Shown here: piece after piece, positions 53,740 through 61,784 of the stretch
How the letters are laid out: the number at the start of each line of letters is the position of its first letter
Numbering within the stretch: position 1 is the stretch's first letter
NCBI GenBank assembly: GCA_047518105.1
Contig: JAKZRQ010000134.1
Coordinates: forward strand, 1 to 61,784
Direction: 5' to 3'
DNA length: 61,784 nt
Source of the DNA: Pseudomonadales bacterium
Lineage (GTDB): Bacteria > Pseudomonadota > Gammaproteobacteria > Pseudomonadales > Azotimanducaceae
Program-made: the position numbers and the translations under genes
Notes under the pieces: generated by a model
Told to the model about the DNA's origin: nothing
Databases searched by the model: none
What the model saw: the letters and a program-made list of their open reading frames with translations, nothing else

Positions 53740-53829
53740 TCGAGAATCCCGAGAGCGGTGCCCCGATCGACCTGCCGAGTGTACGAGCATTCGCGTCAGT
53801 TTGGGGTCCGGATTGATTATCATCGCCGC

Positions 53830-55005
53830 ATGGTCCTGCGCACGTTCACACTGTTGGGGGTCGTCGCCAGCATGGTGGGCGGCGTGTGCATTGGCATCGG
53901 TGTGTTCTGGAGTACCACCTACTACAGCAACGAAACGCGACAGGAGCGCATGCTGGTGTCCATCGCGCGCGAAATCCACGAGCACTATGTCGAGGAAGTG
54001 CCGGATAGAAGCCTGGTGGACAACGCCATCCGCGGCATGGTCCAGGGGCTCGACGATCACTCGACATTTCTCGATGTGGACGCCTTGCTGGCACTCGAGG
54101 AGGACACCCGCGGCCGGTTCGGCGGCATCGGCATCGAAGTCGGCATGGTGGACGGCTTCGTCACGGTGTTGAGTCCGCTCGACGGCACGCCCGCTGCGCG
54201 CGCCGGAATCGCCGCAGGCGACCGGATCGTCGAGGTGGATCACGAATCGCTGAAGGGACGTACGCTGACCGAAGCCATCGGCGGGGTCCGTGGCAAGGTC
54301 GGCACGGTCGTCCACCTGCGCGTTCGCCGCGTGACCTTGGGCGAGACGTTGGACTTCGATGTCACCCGCGATCTGATCGCGAGCGTCACGGGCAGGATGC
54401 TGTCGCCGACTCACGGCTATGTGCGAATCGCCCAGTTCGACAGAACCACCGGGGACGATCTCGCCATGATGGTCGCCGACCTGCAACGCGACGGCCCGCT
54501 CGGCGGCCTGGTTCTGGATCTGCGCAACAATCCGGGAGGCCTCCTGGAGGCGGCCGTCGACGTCGCCGATGCGTTCCTGTCCGGCGGCTTGATCGTCTCT
54601 ACCGAAGGCCGACTGCCCGACAACCGCCAGGACCTGTATGCGGATGCCGATGACCTCGTCGGCGGCGCTCCGCTCGCCGTGCTCATCAACGGTCGTTCCG
54701 CATCGGCCTCGGAGGTCGTCGCGGGTGCCCTGCAGGACCGCGACCGCGCTACCGTGCTCGGTTCCGAGAGCTTTGGAAAGGGTTCCGTGCAGTCGGTGAT
54801 GCGCTTCGATGGCCGAGCCATAAAGCTCACCACGGCTCGCTACCTCACGCCCTCCGGGCGGTCGATCCAGGCGGGCGGCATAGAGCCGGACATCCGGTTG
54901 GCGCGCGTCGAGCGGGAAGGACGGGAAGACTACGACAAGCGTCTCTTGGCTGCGGCGCTGGACGCGCTCTCGGACTCTGCGACCGCGACCGCGCGCATCG
55001 ACTAG
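53830..55005 (+). CDS. S41 family C-terminal processing peptidase with PDZ domain
   Basis: N-terminal TM. Reads GIGIEV...V..P..GTPAARAGI..GD.I, LDLRNNPGGLL and SASASEVVAGALQD. Confidence 0.85.
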   Translation: MVLRTFTLLGVVASMVGGVCIGIGVFWSTTYYSNETRQERMLVSIAREIHEHYVEEVPDRSLVDNAIRGMVQGLDDHSTFLDVDALLALEEDTRGRFGGIGIEVGMVDGFVTVLSPLDGTPAARAGIAAGDRIVEVDHESLKGRTLTEAIGGVRGKVGTVVHLRVRRVTLGETLDFDVTRDLIASVTGRMLSPTHGYVRIAQFDRTTGDDLAMMVADLQRDGPLGGLVLDLRNNPGGLLEAAVDVADAFLSGGLIVSTEGRLPDNRQDLYADADDLVGGAPLAVLINGRSASASEVVAGALQDRDRATVLGSESFGKGSVQSVMRFDGRAIKLTTARYLTPSGRSIQAGGIEPDIRLARVEREGREDYDKRLLAAALDALSDSATATARID

Positions 55006-55028
55006 TGTGCCGCGTTGAGGCTCGGCGC

Positions 55029-56162
55029 ATGAACGCCCAATCCGAGGTCTTCGAACCCTCCGGCCAAGGCGGGCGAAGCCAACCCGTCGACGAAGCCATT
55101 CTCGTACCGGTGCTCAACGAGGAAGGGGTGATCGGGCCGTTCCTGGCCGAGCTGGCGCCCCATGCACGCAGCCGGCGGGTCTACCTGCTGGATAGCGACT
55201 CCGCCGACGCTACCGTATCCGAGGCCGTGGAAGCTGCCCGCAGAGAAGGACTCGACTTGCGCGTCGTCCGCTGCCCGGCCGGTCTGGCGGAATCGATACG
55301 CACCGGTTTGACGAACTCGACCGAAGCTCGAATCGCGGTGCTCGATGGCGACGGCCAGCACGAACCCGATGTCGTCGCCGCCCTCTTCGATGCGGTGCGG
55401 TCGGAGGCCGACCTGGCCGTGGGGTCGCGCGCAGTGCCCGGGGCATCGGTGGCGGACGACTGGCCGTGGTACCGGTCCTGGGGTTCGCGCGCGTTGTCGT
55501 GGATCGCGCGGCTCGCAGCCCGACACCACCGTGTGCGCGACCCCTTGACGGGGTGCTTCGCGCTCAGGCGGGAGGCGTGGACCCGGGTCGCGCCCCGCTT
55601 CGAGACCGGGGGCTACAAGTTCCTGCTGGACTTCCTGGCCGCCTCGCAGGGGCGATTGGCCGTGGCGGAGGCGCCGTTGACGTTCAAGGCAAGGGCCGCT
55701 GGCGCCAGCAAGATGTCTCCTCGTGTGCTCTGGGAACTGTTGATCTCGTTGGAATACTGCGTGTTGCGCGGGCGAATTCGGCGACGCTGGCTGGGGTTCG
55801 CGAGCGTTGGTCTCATGGGCTTGGCCACCGACACCGTGCTCACCGGGCTCCTCGTCACGGTGGCGGGTGTTCCCTTCGCGTGGGCGCGGCCGCTGCCGGT
55901 ACTCGTCGCGATGACGCAAAACTACGCCCTGAACAACCGTTTCACGTTCGCCGATGCGCGCCGCAGCGGCACGAGCGCGCTGGCATCCGGCTGGGTGCTC
56001 TACGTCGCCTGCCAAGTGGTCGGAGCCACCGTCAACTGGGCGGTCTCCGTCCACGTCTACGGACTCGGGGTGCCGTGGTTCCTGGCGCTCCCCGTCGGCG
56101 TCGTTGCCGGTATGGTCGTGAACTTTGTTGCCGCGCGGCGGTTCGTATGGCCGAAGCGCTAG
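55029..56162 (+). CDS. family 2 glycosyltransferase (polyprenyl-phosphate sugar synthase-like) fused to a GtrA-like membrane domain
   Basis: Reads ILVPVLNEE...LDGDGQH...D.LTGCF, then four TM segments with YALNNRFTF and a NF.AARRFVW tail. The stop TAG lies inside the CTAG of the following repeat. Confidence 0.8.
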   Translation: MNAQSEVFEPSGQGGRSQPVDEAILVPVLNEEGVIGPFLAELAPHARSRRVYLLDSDSADATVSEAVEAARREGLDLRVVRCPAGLAESIRTGLTNSTEARIAVLDGDGQHEPDVVAALFDAVRSEADLAVGSRAVPGASVADDWPWYRSWGSRALSWIARLAARHHRVRDPLTGCFALRREAWTRVAPRFETGGYKFLLDFLAASQGRLAVAEAPLTFKARAAGASKMSPRVLWELLISLEYCVLRGRIRRRWLGFASVGLMGLATDTVLTGLLVTVAGVPFAWARPLPVLVAMTQNYALNNRFTFADARRSGTSALASGWVLYVACQVVGATVNWAVSVHVYGLGVPWFLALPVGVVAGMVVNFVAARRFVWPKR

Positions 56163-56310
56163 CGCGCCGCATGTGGCGGCGGCGTCTCGCGGTGCGAGTC
56201 GATCGAGAATGCTTGCGCATTCTTTAACGCGCCCGGTAGGGCGCGCATTCTCCCGGCTTCGTTCGAAATGCAACTCAAGTGTCAACATTCGGCGCGCTCA
56301 AGGAATCTAG
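56159..56310 (+). repeat. repeat family 2 element, first of a head-to-tail pair
   Basis: CTAG-bounded. Contains aacgcgcccggtagggcgcgcattctcccggcttcgttcgaaatgcaactcaagtgtcaacattcggcgcgctcaagga. Confidence 0.85.
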
Positions 56311-56453
56311 GCGCGCTGCATGTGCATCGGCGCGCCTGACGGCGCGTTTGGGAATGCCTACGCGTTCTTAAACGCGCCCGGTAGGGCGCGCATTCTCCCA
56401 GCCTCGTTCGAAATGCAACCCAAGAGTCGACGTTCGGAGCGCTCAAGGACTAG
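56307..56453 (+). repeat. repeat family 2 element, second of the pair (shares a CTAG with the first)
   Basis: ctaggcgcgctgcatgtgcatcggcgcgcctgacggcgcgtttgggaatgcctacgcgttcttaaacgcgcccggtagggcgcgcattctcccagcctcgttcgaaatgcaacccaagagtcgacgttcggagcgctcaaggactag. Confidence 0.85.
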
Positions 56454-56530
56454 GCAGGAATCGCCGCCGGCGGTCGAAAGCGGCTCTGCTGGCCCAAGCC
56501 GACGGTTTAGAGTGCCTCGCGGCAAAAAAA

Positions 56531-57268
56531 TTAGTCACCGTCCAGAAGGCGCTGGCCGTCCGGGAAGTCCAGCGTTCCCTCGTACAGCGCGGAGCCGCTG
56601 ATCACGCCCAAGAGCTTGTCGGGGCCGAGACCGAGGTCGCCGAGCGCGCGCAGATCCTCGAGGTTCCGGACGCCGCCGGACGCGATGATTGGCGCCGGGG
56701 TCACCTCCGCCAACCGACGGGTGGCACCCGCATTCACGCCCGTCAGCATGCCGTCGCGGCCGATGTCGGTATGGACGATGGCGAACAAGCCGAGACCGCC
56801 AAGTCCTGCGGCGAAGTCCACCGCGCACACCTCGCTCTCCATCGCCCATCCGCGGGTGGCGATCTGTCCGTCGCGGGCATCGAGGCCGAGTATCACCCGA
56901 CCGGGGAACGCCTCGGCGAGGGCGTGGAGGAAGTCCGGGTCTTCAACGGCCCGGGTGGCCGCAATCACCTGGCTGGCACCGCAGTCGAGATAGCTTCCTG
57001 CGGCATCGAGGCTGCGAATGCCTCCGCCGATCTGGACCGGAATGCCGCCGGCGGCGTCGACGATCTCGCCCACCAGGTTCCGGTTGATCGGCCGCCCGGC
57101 GAACGCGCCGTCCAGATCGACCACGTGCAGCCGGCGCGCACCCGCATCCACCCAGCGTTTGGCCATGCCCGGCGGATCGTCGGAATAGGTCGTCGCCGAC
57201 GCCATGACGCCCTGGCGCAACTGCACGCATTGCCCGTTCTTGAGGTCGATGGCCGGAATCAGCAGCAC
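56531..57268 (-). CDS. hisA: ProFAR isomerase
   Basis: Reads MLLIPAIDLKNGQCVQL...HVVDLDGA...GGGIRS...TDI.RDGM..G...ASGGV. Confidence 0.9.
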   Translation of the reverse strand: MLLIPAIDLKNGQCVQLRQGVMASATTYSDDPPGMAKRWVDAGARRLHVVDLDGAFAGRPINRNLVGEIVDAAGGIPVQIGGGIRSLDAAGSYLDCGASQVIAATRAVEDPDFLHALAEAFPGRVILGLDARDGQIATRGWAMESEVCAVDFAAGLGGLGLFAIVHTDIGRDGMLTGVNAGATRRLAEVTPAPIIASGGVRNLEDLRALGDLGLGPDKLLGVISGSALYEGTLDFPDGQRLLDGD

Positions 57269-57285
57269 GCCCTCGCTCCGTGGGC

Positions 57286-57876
57286 TTACAGCGAACCCTT
57301 GGTCGAAGGCGTGTCCGGCGTGCGCGGATCCCGTTCGAGGGCCATGCGCAACGCCCGACCGAACGCTTTGAAGATCGTCTCGGCTTGATGGTGGGCGTTC
57401 GAGCCCTTCAGGTTGTCCACATGAACCGTCACCTGGGCGTGGTTGACGAACCCCTGGAAGAACTCGTGCAGCAGATCGACGTCGAAATCCCCTACCCGGG
57501 CCCGGCTGAAGTCGACGCGGTATTCGAGCCCGGGGCGGCCCGAAAAGTCCACGACCACGCGCGATAGCGCCTCGTCCAACGGCACGTAGGCGTGGCCGTA
57601 GCGGAAGATGCCCCGCTTGTCGCCCACCGCGGCGGCCACCGCCTGCCCGAGGACAATGCCGACGTCCTCGACGGTGTGATGGGCGTCGACGTCCAGATCC
57701 CCTTTCGCGTCCACGCTGAGGTCGATCCGGCCGTGGCGGGCCACCTGGTCCAGCATGTGCTCGAAGAAGGGCAATCCCGTGGCGACCTGGGCATCCCCCG
57801 TGCCGTCCAGGTTCACGGCCACATCGATGCTCGTCTCCAGGGTCTTGCGGCTCTTCCTAGCCGTGCGGTCGGTCAT
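57286..57876 (-). CDS. hisB: imidazoleglycerol-phosphate dehydratase
   Basis: Reads [14 protein letters not shown]...TG..FF.HML......G..DL...A.GDL.VD.HHT.ED.GI and HH..E..FKA. Confidence 0.9.
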   Translation of the reverse strand: MTDRTARKSRKTLETSIDVAVNLDGTGDAQVATGLPFFEHMLDQVARHGRIDLSVDAKGDLDVDAHHTVEDVGIVLGQAVAAAVGDKRGIFRYGHAYVPLDEALSRVVVDFSGRPGLEYRVDFSRARVGDFDVDLLHEFFQGFVNHAQVTVHVDNLKGSNAHHQAETIFKAFGRALRMALERDPRTPDTPSTKGSL

Positions 57877-57937
57877 GCTTGGCTTTCGTCGGCGCAGCAA
57901 AGCCGCAGTATACCTGTAGACATTTGGGACGCGGGCT

Positions 57938-58345
57938 TCAGCCCTTCAGTCTGTCCGCGAGGCTGCCGTAGGGCAGGAAACGGTTGCCGCTCACCGACTT
58001 GATCCACGGCGTCAAGTTCGCCGGATAGTCGCCGCGCCCGCGCAGCAACCGGGCGAGGGCGATGACCGGCGACTTGGCCCCCGCATCGCAGCCCGGGATG
58101 GTCTCATCCGCCAGGGTCAGCACCCGCAGCCAGGCGACCAGGCGTCTGGAAGCGCGGTCCGAGAAGAAGCGCTCGCGTTCCGCCGCCTCCGCGTTGATGA
58201 TTTCCCGCAGGCGCGCTTTGCCGTCATCGTCCGCCTCGAGCACATCGCTTCCCGTCGCGACGCCGGCGGCAAGGCGGTCCAGAACGCGGGCGTGGTCGTC
58301 GCCCAACCTGGTCGGGGGTTCCCAGGCACCGATTTCTCCGTCCAT
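57938..58345 (-). CDS. hypothetical protein (135 aa)
   Basis: ORF with protein-like composition between divergent mutY and hisB. No recognised motif. Confidence 0.5.
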   Translation of the reverse strand: MDGEIGAWEPPTRLGDDHARVLDRLAAGVATGSDVLEADDDGKARLREIINAEAAERERFFSDRASRRLVAWLRVLTLADETIPGCDAGAKSPVIALARLLRGRGDYPANLTPWIKSVSGNRFLPYGSLADRLKG

Positions 58346-58398
58346 ACTCGTTTGTTGAGGAACAACACCGAAAACGATGGTGGAAGTCTAACCGAACG

Positions 58399-59487
58399 AT
58401 GGCCGAACGCGAACAATCGCCCGCGATGGCAGACGAGTTCGCGACGCGTCTATTGGCCTGGTGGGATGCGTACGGTCGCAAGGACTTGCCTTGGCAGCAA
58501 CCGCGTTCGCCCTACCGGGTGTGGGTCTCGGAGATCATGCTCCAACAGACCCGGGTCGCCGCAGTGGTGCCCTACTTCGAACGCTTCGTCGCGCGCTTCC
58601 CCGATGTCGAAGCATTGGCTGCGGCCGATCTCGATCAAGTGCTGCATCTGTGGAGCGGACTCGGCTACTACGCCCGGGCGCGCAATCTGCACCGCGCCGC
58701 ACGCCTTGTCGTGCGCGAACACGGCGGCGTTGTTCCGGCGTTCGAGGACGCGCTCCGCGACCTCCCCGGCATCGGCCGATCCACCGCGGCCGCCATCGTC
58801 GCCCAGGCCTTCGGCAAACGGGCACCGATCCTCGACGGCAACGTCAAGCGCGTGCTGGCAAGGCGACATCGGATCGCGGGTCCCGTTTCGTCGGCAGCGA
58901 CGCAGCAGACGCTTTGGCGGTTGGCACAACGGCACACGCCGGCGGATCGCGCGGCGGACTATACCCAAGCCATCATGGACGTCGGCGCCACGGTCTGCCG
59001 TCGCCGCCAACCCCAGTGCCGGACCTGCCCGGTTCGCAGTGGCTGCGAGGCCTACGCGGCCCGGGACGTGGAACGGTATCCCACGCCGGCGAAGCGACGG
59101 TCGCGACGTCTCGAACGACGGCGTTTCTTCGTTCTGACCGACCCGGATGGCGCCTGCTTCGTCGAACAACGCCCGCCGACGGGAATCTGGGGCGGTCTAT
59201 GGTCGCCGCCAGAACGCGACGCCGCGGTGACCGTGCGCGCCTTCCTGGACAACGCGGGCATCGACCGCGACCTGATCGAACACGCTGGCGCGTCGCCCGG
59301 CTTCCGCCACGCCTTCAGCCACTTCGACCTCGACGTCGAGCCGGTCTACGTTCGCCTCCGGGCCAGGCCGCTCGACGTGCGCGACGGGGGCGGCGCCTGG
59401 ATTCTGCCCGACGAGCACGGCTTTGGCTTGTCCGCGGTTGCCGTTAGACTGCTCGCTGCCACCAAGCCGACGGAGCTGTCTTCGTGA
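58399..59487 (+). CDS. mutY: A/G-specific adenine DNA glycosylase
   Basis: Reads LPWQ....PY.VWVSEIMLQQT, GLGYYARARNLH, a C..C...C.....C cluster and a NUDIX-like C-terminus. Confidence 0.9.
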   Translation: MAEREQSPAMADEFATRLLAWWDAYGRKDLPWQQPRSPYRVWVSEIMLQQTRVAAVVPYFERFVARFPDVEALAAADLDQVLHLWSGLGYYARARNLHRAARLVVREHGGVVPAFEDALRDLPGIGRSTAAAIVAQAFGKRAPILDGNVKRVLARRHRIAGPVSSAATQQTLWRLAQRHTPADRAADYTQAIMDVGATVCRRRQPQCRTCPVRSGCEAYAARDVERYPTPAKRRSRRLERRRFFVLTDPDGACFVEQRPPTGIWGGLWSPPERDAAVTVRAFLDNAGIDRDLIEHAGASPGFRHAFSHFDLDVEPVYVRLRARPLDVRDGGGAWILPDEHGFGLSAVAVRLLAATKPTELSS

Positions 59488-59753
59488 GCCGCAACGTGTT
59501 CTGCAAGAAATACCGCCAGGAGCTTCCCGCGCTCGCCGCGCCGCCGCTGCCGGGTCCCGTCGGCGAGGAGATCTTCGCCAACGTCTCGGCCAAGGCCTGG
59601 GGCGAATGGCAGCACCTCCAGACCATGCTCATCAACGAGCACCATCTGTCCATGGTGGATGCCAAAGCGCGGCAGTACCTAACCGAACAAATGCACCGGT
59701 TCCTCGCCGACGAAGACTACGAGCAGCCGGCCGGGTATGTGCCGCCGTCTTGA
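59484..59753 (+). CDS. yggX: Fe(2+)-trafficking protein YggX
   Basis: Reads MSRNVFCKKYRQELPAL...AWGEWQHLQTMLINEHHL. Overlaps the mutY stop. Confidence 0.9.
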   Translation: MSRNVFCKKYRQELPALAAPPLPGPVGEEIFANVSAKAWGEWQHLQTMLINEHHLSMVDAKARQYLTEQMHRFLADEDYEQPAGYVPPS

Positions 59754-59771
59754 GGGGTCTTCTGCGCGAAC

Positions 59772-60401
59772 TCAGGCGCTTGAACTGGGCCGGGCCGACA
59801 CCTGCGCATACCAGCGCTTGAGGTGCGGGTGCTCGTCGTCCGCCCGGATCTGTATCCACTTGGCGAAATCGACCACGCAAAACGCGGTGATGTCGGCAAT
59901 GGAGAACGCCTCGCCTGCAACGTACTCCGACTGCCCCAAGGTTTCGTTCAAGGCCGCGAAGAAACGCTCCGTCGCCGCCCGCCCGCGGTCGACGAGGGCG
60001 GGGATGGCAGGCACCCCCTCGCTGCCCGAAATGCCCCGGTCGGCGAACATCGGGTTGCCATTGCGGAATGCATCGGCCACGGACAGCAGGCCGTCCCATT
60101 CCATGTGTCTCTGGACCGACTCGACGACCGCCTTGGACTGGGCGTCCGTACCCATCAGCGGCGGTTCGGGATTCAGTTCCTCGAAGTAGCGGCAGATCGC
60201 CACCGTTTCGTCGATCACGGTACCGTCGTCGAGCACCAGCGTCGGCACCAGGCTGCGCGGATTGATGGCGCGGAAGGTTTCGCCAAGGTTCTCGCCGGAC
60301 GGAAGATCCACTTGAGCGGATTCGACTTCGATGCCCTTCTCGGCGAGGTACATGCGCACGCGCCGTGGATTGGGTGCCATGGTGTAGTCGTAGAGTTTCA
60401 T
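59772..60401 (-). CDS. glutathione S-transferase
   Basis: Reads MKLYDY..APNPRRVRMYLAEKGI...VPTLVLDDG. ATG at 60399-60401. Confidence 0.85.
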   Translation of the reverse strand: MKLYDYTMAPNPRRVRMYLAEKGIEVESAQVDLPSGENLGETFRAINPRSLVPTLVLDDGTVIDETVAICRYFEELNPEPPLMGTDAQSKAVVESVQRHMEWDGLLSVADAFRNGNPMFADRGISGSEGVPAIPALVDRGRAATERFFAALNETLGQSEYVAGEAFSIADITAFCVVDFAKWIQIRADDEHPHLKRWYAQVSARPSSSA

Positions 60402-60532
60402 TGTGCCGCCTGCTGCCACCTGCTTGGAAAGCCAAAGCATACCGCGATGCGGTTCAATGGAGTGACGCTGCGCTGGCATTGGGAGGCCGGTTCGCGTTTC
60501 ATGGGCGCACACGCGTTCACGTCGTGGCATGC

Positions 60533-60715
60533 ATGGAGAACATCGGCGACCCGGCAATCGATCTCGGCACCATCGGTGCTGTCGTCGTCTTCTGTTTCGG
60601 GCTTGCGCTGGGCCTCGGCGGAATGTGGCTCGCTTGGAGGATCGTCCGGCGGCTGCCGATCGACGATGCCCGCCAAGCGCCAGCCGACGATGCACGGCAG
60701 GACGAGGAGGCGTGA
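60533..60715 (+). CDS. possible small membrane protein (60 aa) translationally coupled to the downstream methyltransferase
   Basis: Reads MENIGDPAIDLGTIGAVVVFCFGLALGLGGMWLAWRIVRRL. Its TGA overlaps the GTG of the next gene (GTGA). No homology evidence. Confidence 0.35.
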   Translation: MENIGDPAIDLGTIGAVVVFCFGLALGLGGMWLAWRIVRRLPIDDARQAPADDARQDEEA

Positions 60716-61329
60716 GCCAGGCCGATCGAGACAAATGGGACGCGCGCTATCGGCAAGGCGCCTACGAATCGCGACATCATCCGAGCGCGTTGCTCGAGCA
60801 ATGCGCCGACCTTCTGCCGGCCGGCGGCAGCTTGGCGAAAACCGGCAGCCTGCCGAGGATCGGCAAGGCCTTGGATCTGGCCTGCGGCCGAGGGCGCAAC
60901 GCCGTGTTCCTCGCGCGCAGGGGCTTTCTAGTGGACGCCGTGGACATCTCGCCCGTGGCGCTCGCGCAGGGCCGCGCCGCTGCGGCCGATCTCCCAATCC
61001 GGTGGGTCGAGTGGGATTTGGACGACGGCTTCGACGCCTCGACCGACTACGACCTGATCGTCAACATCCGCTACCTGAATCCCGCGCTTGTCGCGTCGCT
61101 GGTGCCAGCGCTGCGCCCGGGCGGCTTGCTCGTGGTCGAACAGCATCTGCGGACTCGTCGGGAGGTTGTTGGTCCCAAGAATCCGGCCTTCCGCGTTGGC
61201 AAGGGAGAACTGGCGCAACTGGCTTGCGGACTCGCCATGGAACGCTTGGAGGAAGGCCTGTTCGAAGACCCCGACGGCGCCATCGCCTCACTCGCGCGCC
61301 TGGTGGCCCGAAAAGCAAACCCCCAATAG
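60712..61329 (+). CDS. class I SAM-dependent methyltransferase (TehB-like)
   Basis: GTG follows gaggagg. Reads ALDLACGRGRNAVFLARRGFLVDAVDIS and LRPGGLLVV. Confidence 0.8.
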   Translation: MSQADRDKWDARYRQGAYESRHHPSALLEQCADLLPAGGSLAKTGSLPRIGKALDLACGRGRNAVFLARRGFLVDAVDISPVALAQGRAAAADLPIRWVEWDLDDGFDASTDYDLIVNIRYLNPALVASLVPALRPGGLLVVEQHLRTRREVVGPKNPAFRVGKGELAQLACGLAMERLEEGLFEDPDGAIASLARLVARKANPQ

Positions 61330-61352
61330 CACGTTCGGCACGGTTGTTCATG

Positions 61353-61381
61353 TTGACGCGTTGCCGGCTACCCGATTAAAT
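61353..61381 (+). promoter_or_regulatory. putative sigma-70 promoter of tRNA-Phe
   Basis: TTGACG (61353-61358), 17-nt spacer, TTAAAT (61376-61381), then the GC-rich discriminator cgccgccc. The tRNA 5' end is 12 nt downstream. Confidence 0.5.
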
Positions 61382-61393
61382 ACGCCGCCCTTC

Positions 61394-61469
61394 GGCCAGG
61401 TAGCTCAGTCGGTAGAGCAGTGGACTGAAAATCCACGTGTCGGCAGTTCGATTCTGCCCCTGGCCACCA
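61394..61469 (+). tRNA. tRNA-Phe (anticodon GAA), CCA encoded
   Basis: 76 nt. GGCCAGGTAGCTCAGTCGGTAGAGCAGTGGACTGAAAATCCACGTGTCGGCAGTTCGATTCTGCCCCTGGCCACCA. Acceptor stem GGCCAGG/CCTGGCC. Close to E. coli tRNA-Phe. Confidence 0.95.
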
Positions 61470-61508
61470 TTTCTTCATCCGATACGGTCCCACGATGGCG
61501 GCAAGGCA

Positions 61509-61784
61509 ATAGCCCGCATTTCTCACCAGGGGCCGTGATGATCGCGGAGGATTTTGGCCCCGTTGTACACAACGGGCACGTGCGCGTGCTCGCGACCGAG
61601 AGCATAGCGGGGCCTACGGTTGAGGGAGCATGTGCGCGCACGGCCCGTGTACACACGGGGCCAAAAGACCCGCGAGGGCACGGCCAGCGCAGTCTGCAAC
61701 CGGCATGATCGTTGGCATCGCGGTCAACTTCTTGAAACCATGAGCTCTTTTGACGCCGAGAAGCGGCCTGGTGAGAAATGCGGG
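61509..61784 (-). mobile_element. MITE family 1, long variant (copy D), reaching the right window edge
   Basis: (a)tagcccgcatttctcaccagg...cctggtgagaaatgcggg. Nearly colinear with the reverse complement of copy C. Starts 40 nt after tRNA-Phe. Confidence 0.85.

Overview
61.8-kb chromosomal window from a high-GC proteobacterium. Gene order looks gammaproteobacterial (plsX-fabD-fabG-acpP-fabF-mltG-tmk-holB, rpmF, mutY-yggX). I call about 50 CDS and one tRNA-Phe; no rRNA and no CRISPR.

Core blocks:
- A three-subunit molybdenum hydroxylase operon (FAD / 2Fe-2S / Mo subunits, 9293->5542, minus strand), plus pepQ and pilZ.
- The fatty-acid/ribosomal cluster (11277-19065) and maf.
- An LPS-type operon of six translationally coupled genes (23232-28380).
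- A lipoprotein PQQ alcohol dehydrogenase with a lipoprotein cytochrome c (29567-31848).
- bioF-bioD-bioA, yeiH and an MFS transporter.
- An H+-pyrophosphatase convergent with a phosphofructokinase.
- mpl, an acyl-CoA dehydrogenase, an S41 protease and a GT2-GtrA fusion.
- hisB-hisA, mutY-yggX, a GST and a methyltransferase.

Accessory and unusual content:
1. A low-GC segment (1-5541) lies directly behind the Mo-subunit gene. It holds two 'exported peptidase-like protein + tightly coupled membrane-anchored partner' pairs. One pair has an HExxH protein and looks intact. The other has an M23 peptidase that is frameshifted. Each pair follows a copy of the Mo-subunit 3' end (one intact, one decayed). 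This is my best candidate for an undescribed system.
2. A 2248-aa protein (39122-45868) with a signal peptide, at least 11 Calx-beta modules, two Ig-like modules and a C-terminal autotransporter-like beta-barrel. It sits next to a decayed transposon remnant.
3. Two families of CTAG-bounded non-autonomous repeats. One is a 194-281-bp MITE with about 20-bp terminal inverted repeats (4 copies). The other is a ~150-bp hairpin-containing element (4 full copies and 1 partial). Three copies sit exactly on the TAG stop codon of the upstream gene.
4. Several tandem arrays.

Nothing was computed with tools. All calls come from reading the sequence and the ORF track, and family names come from motif recognition by eye.
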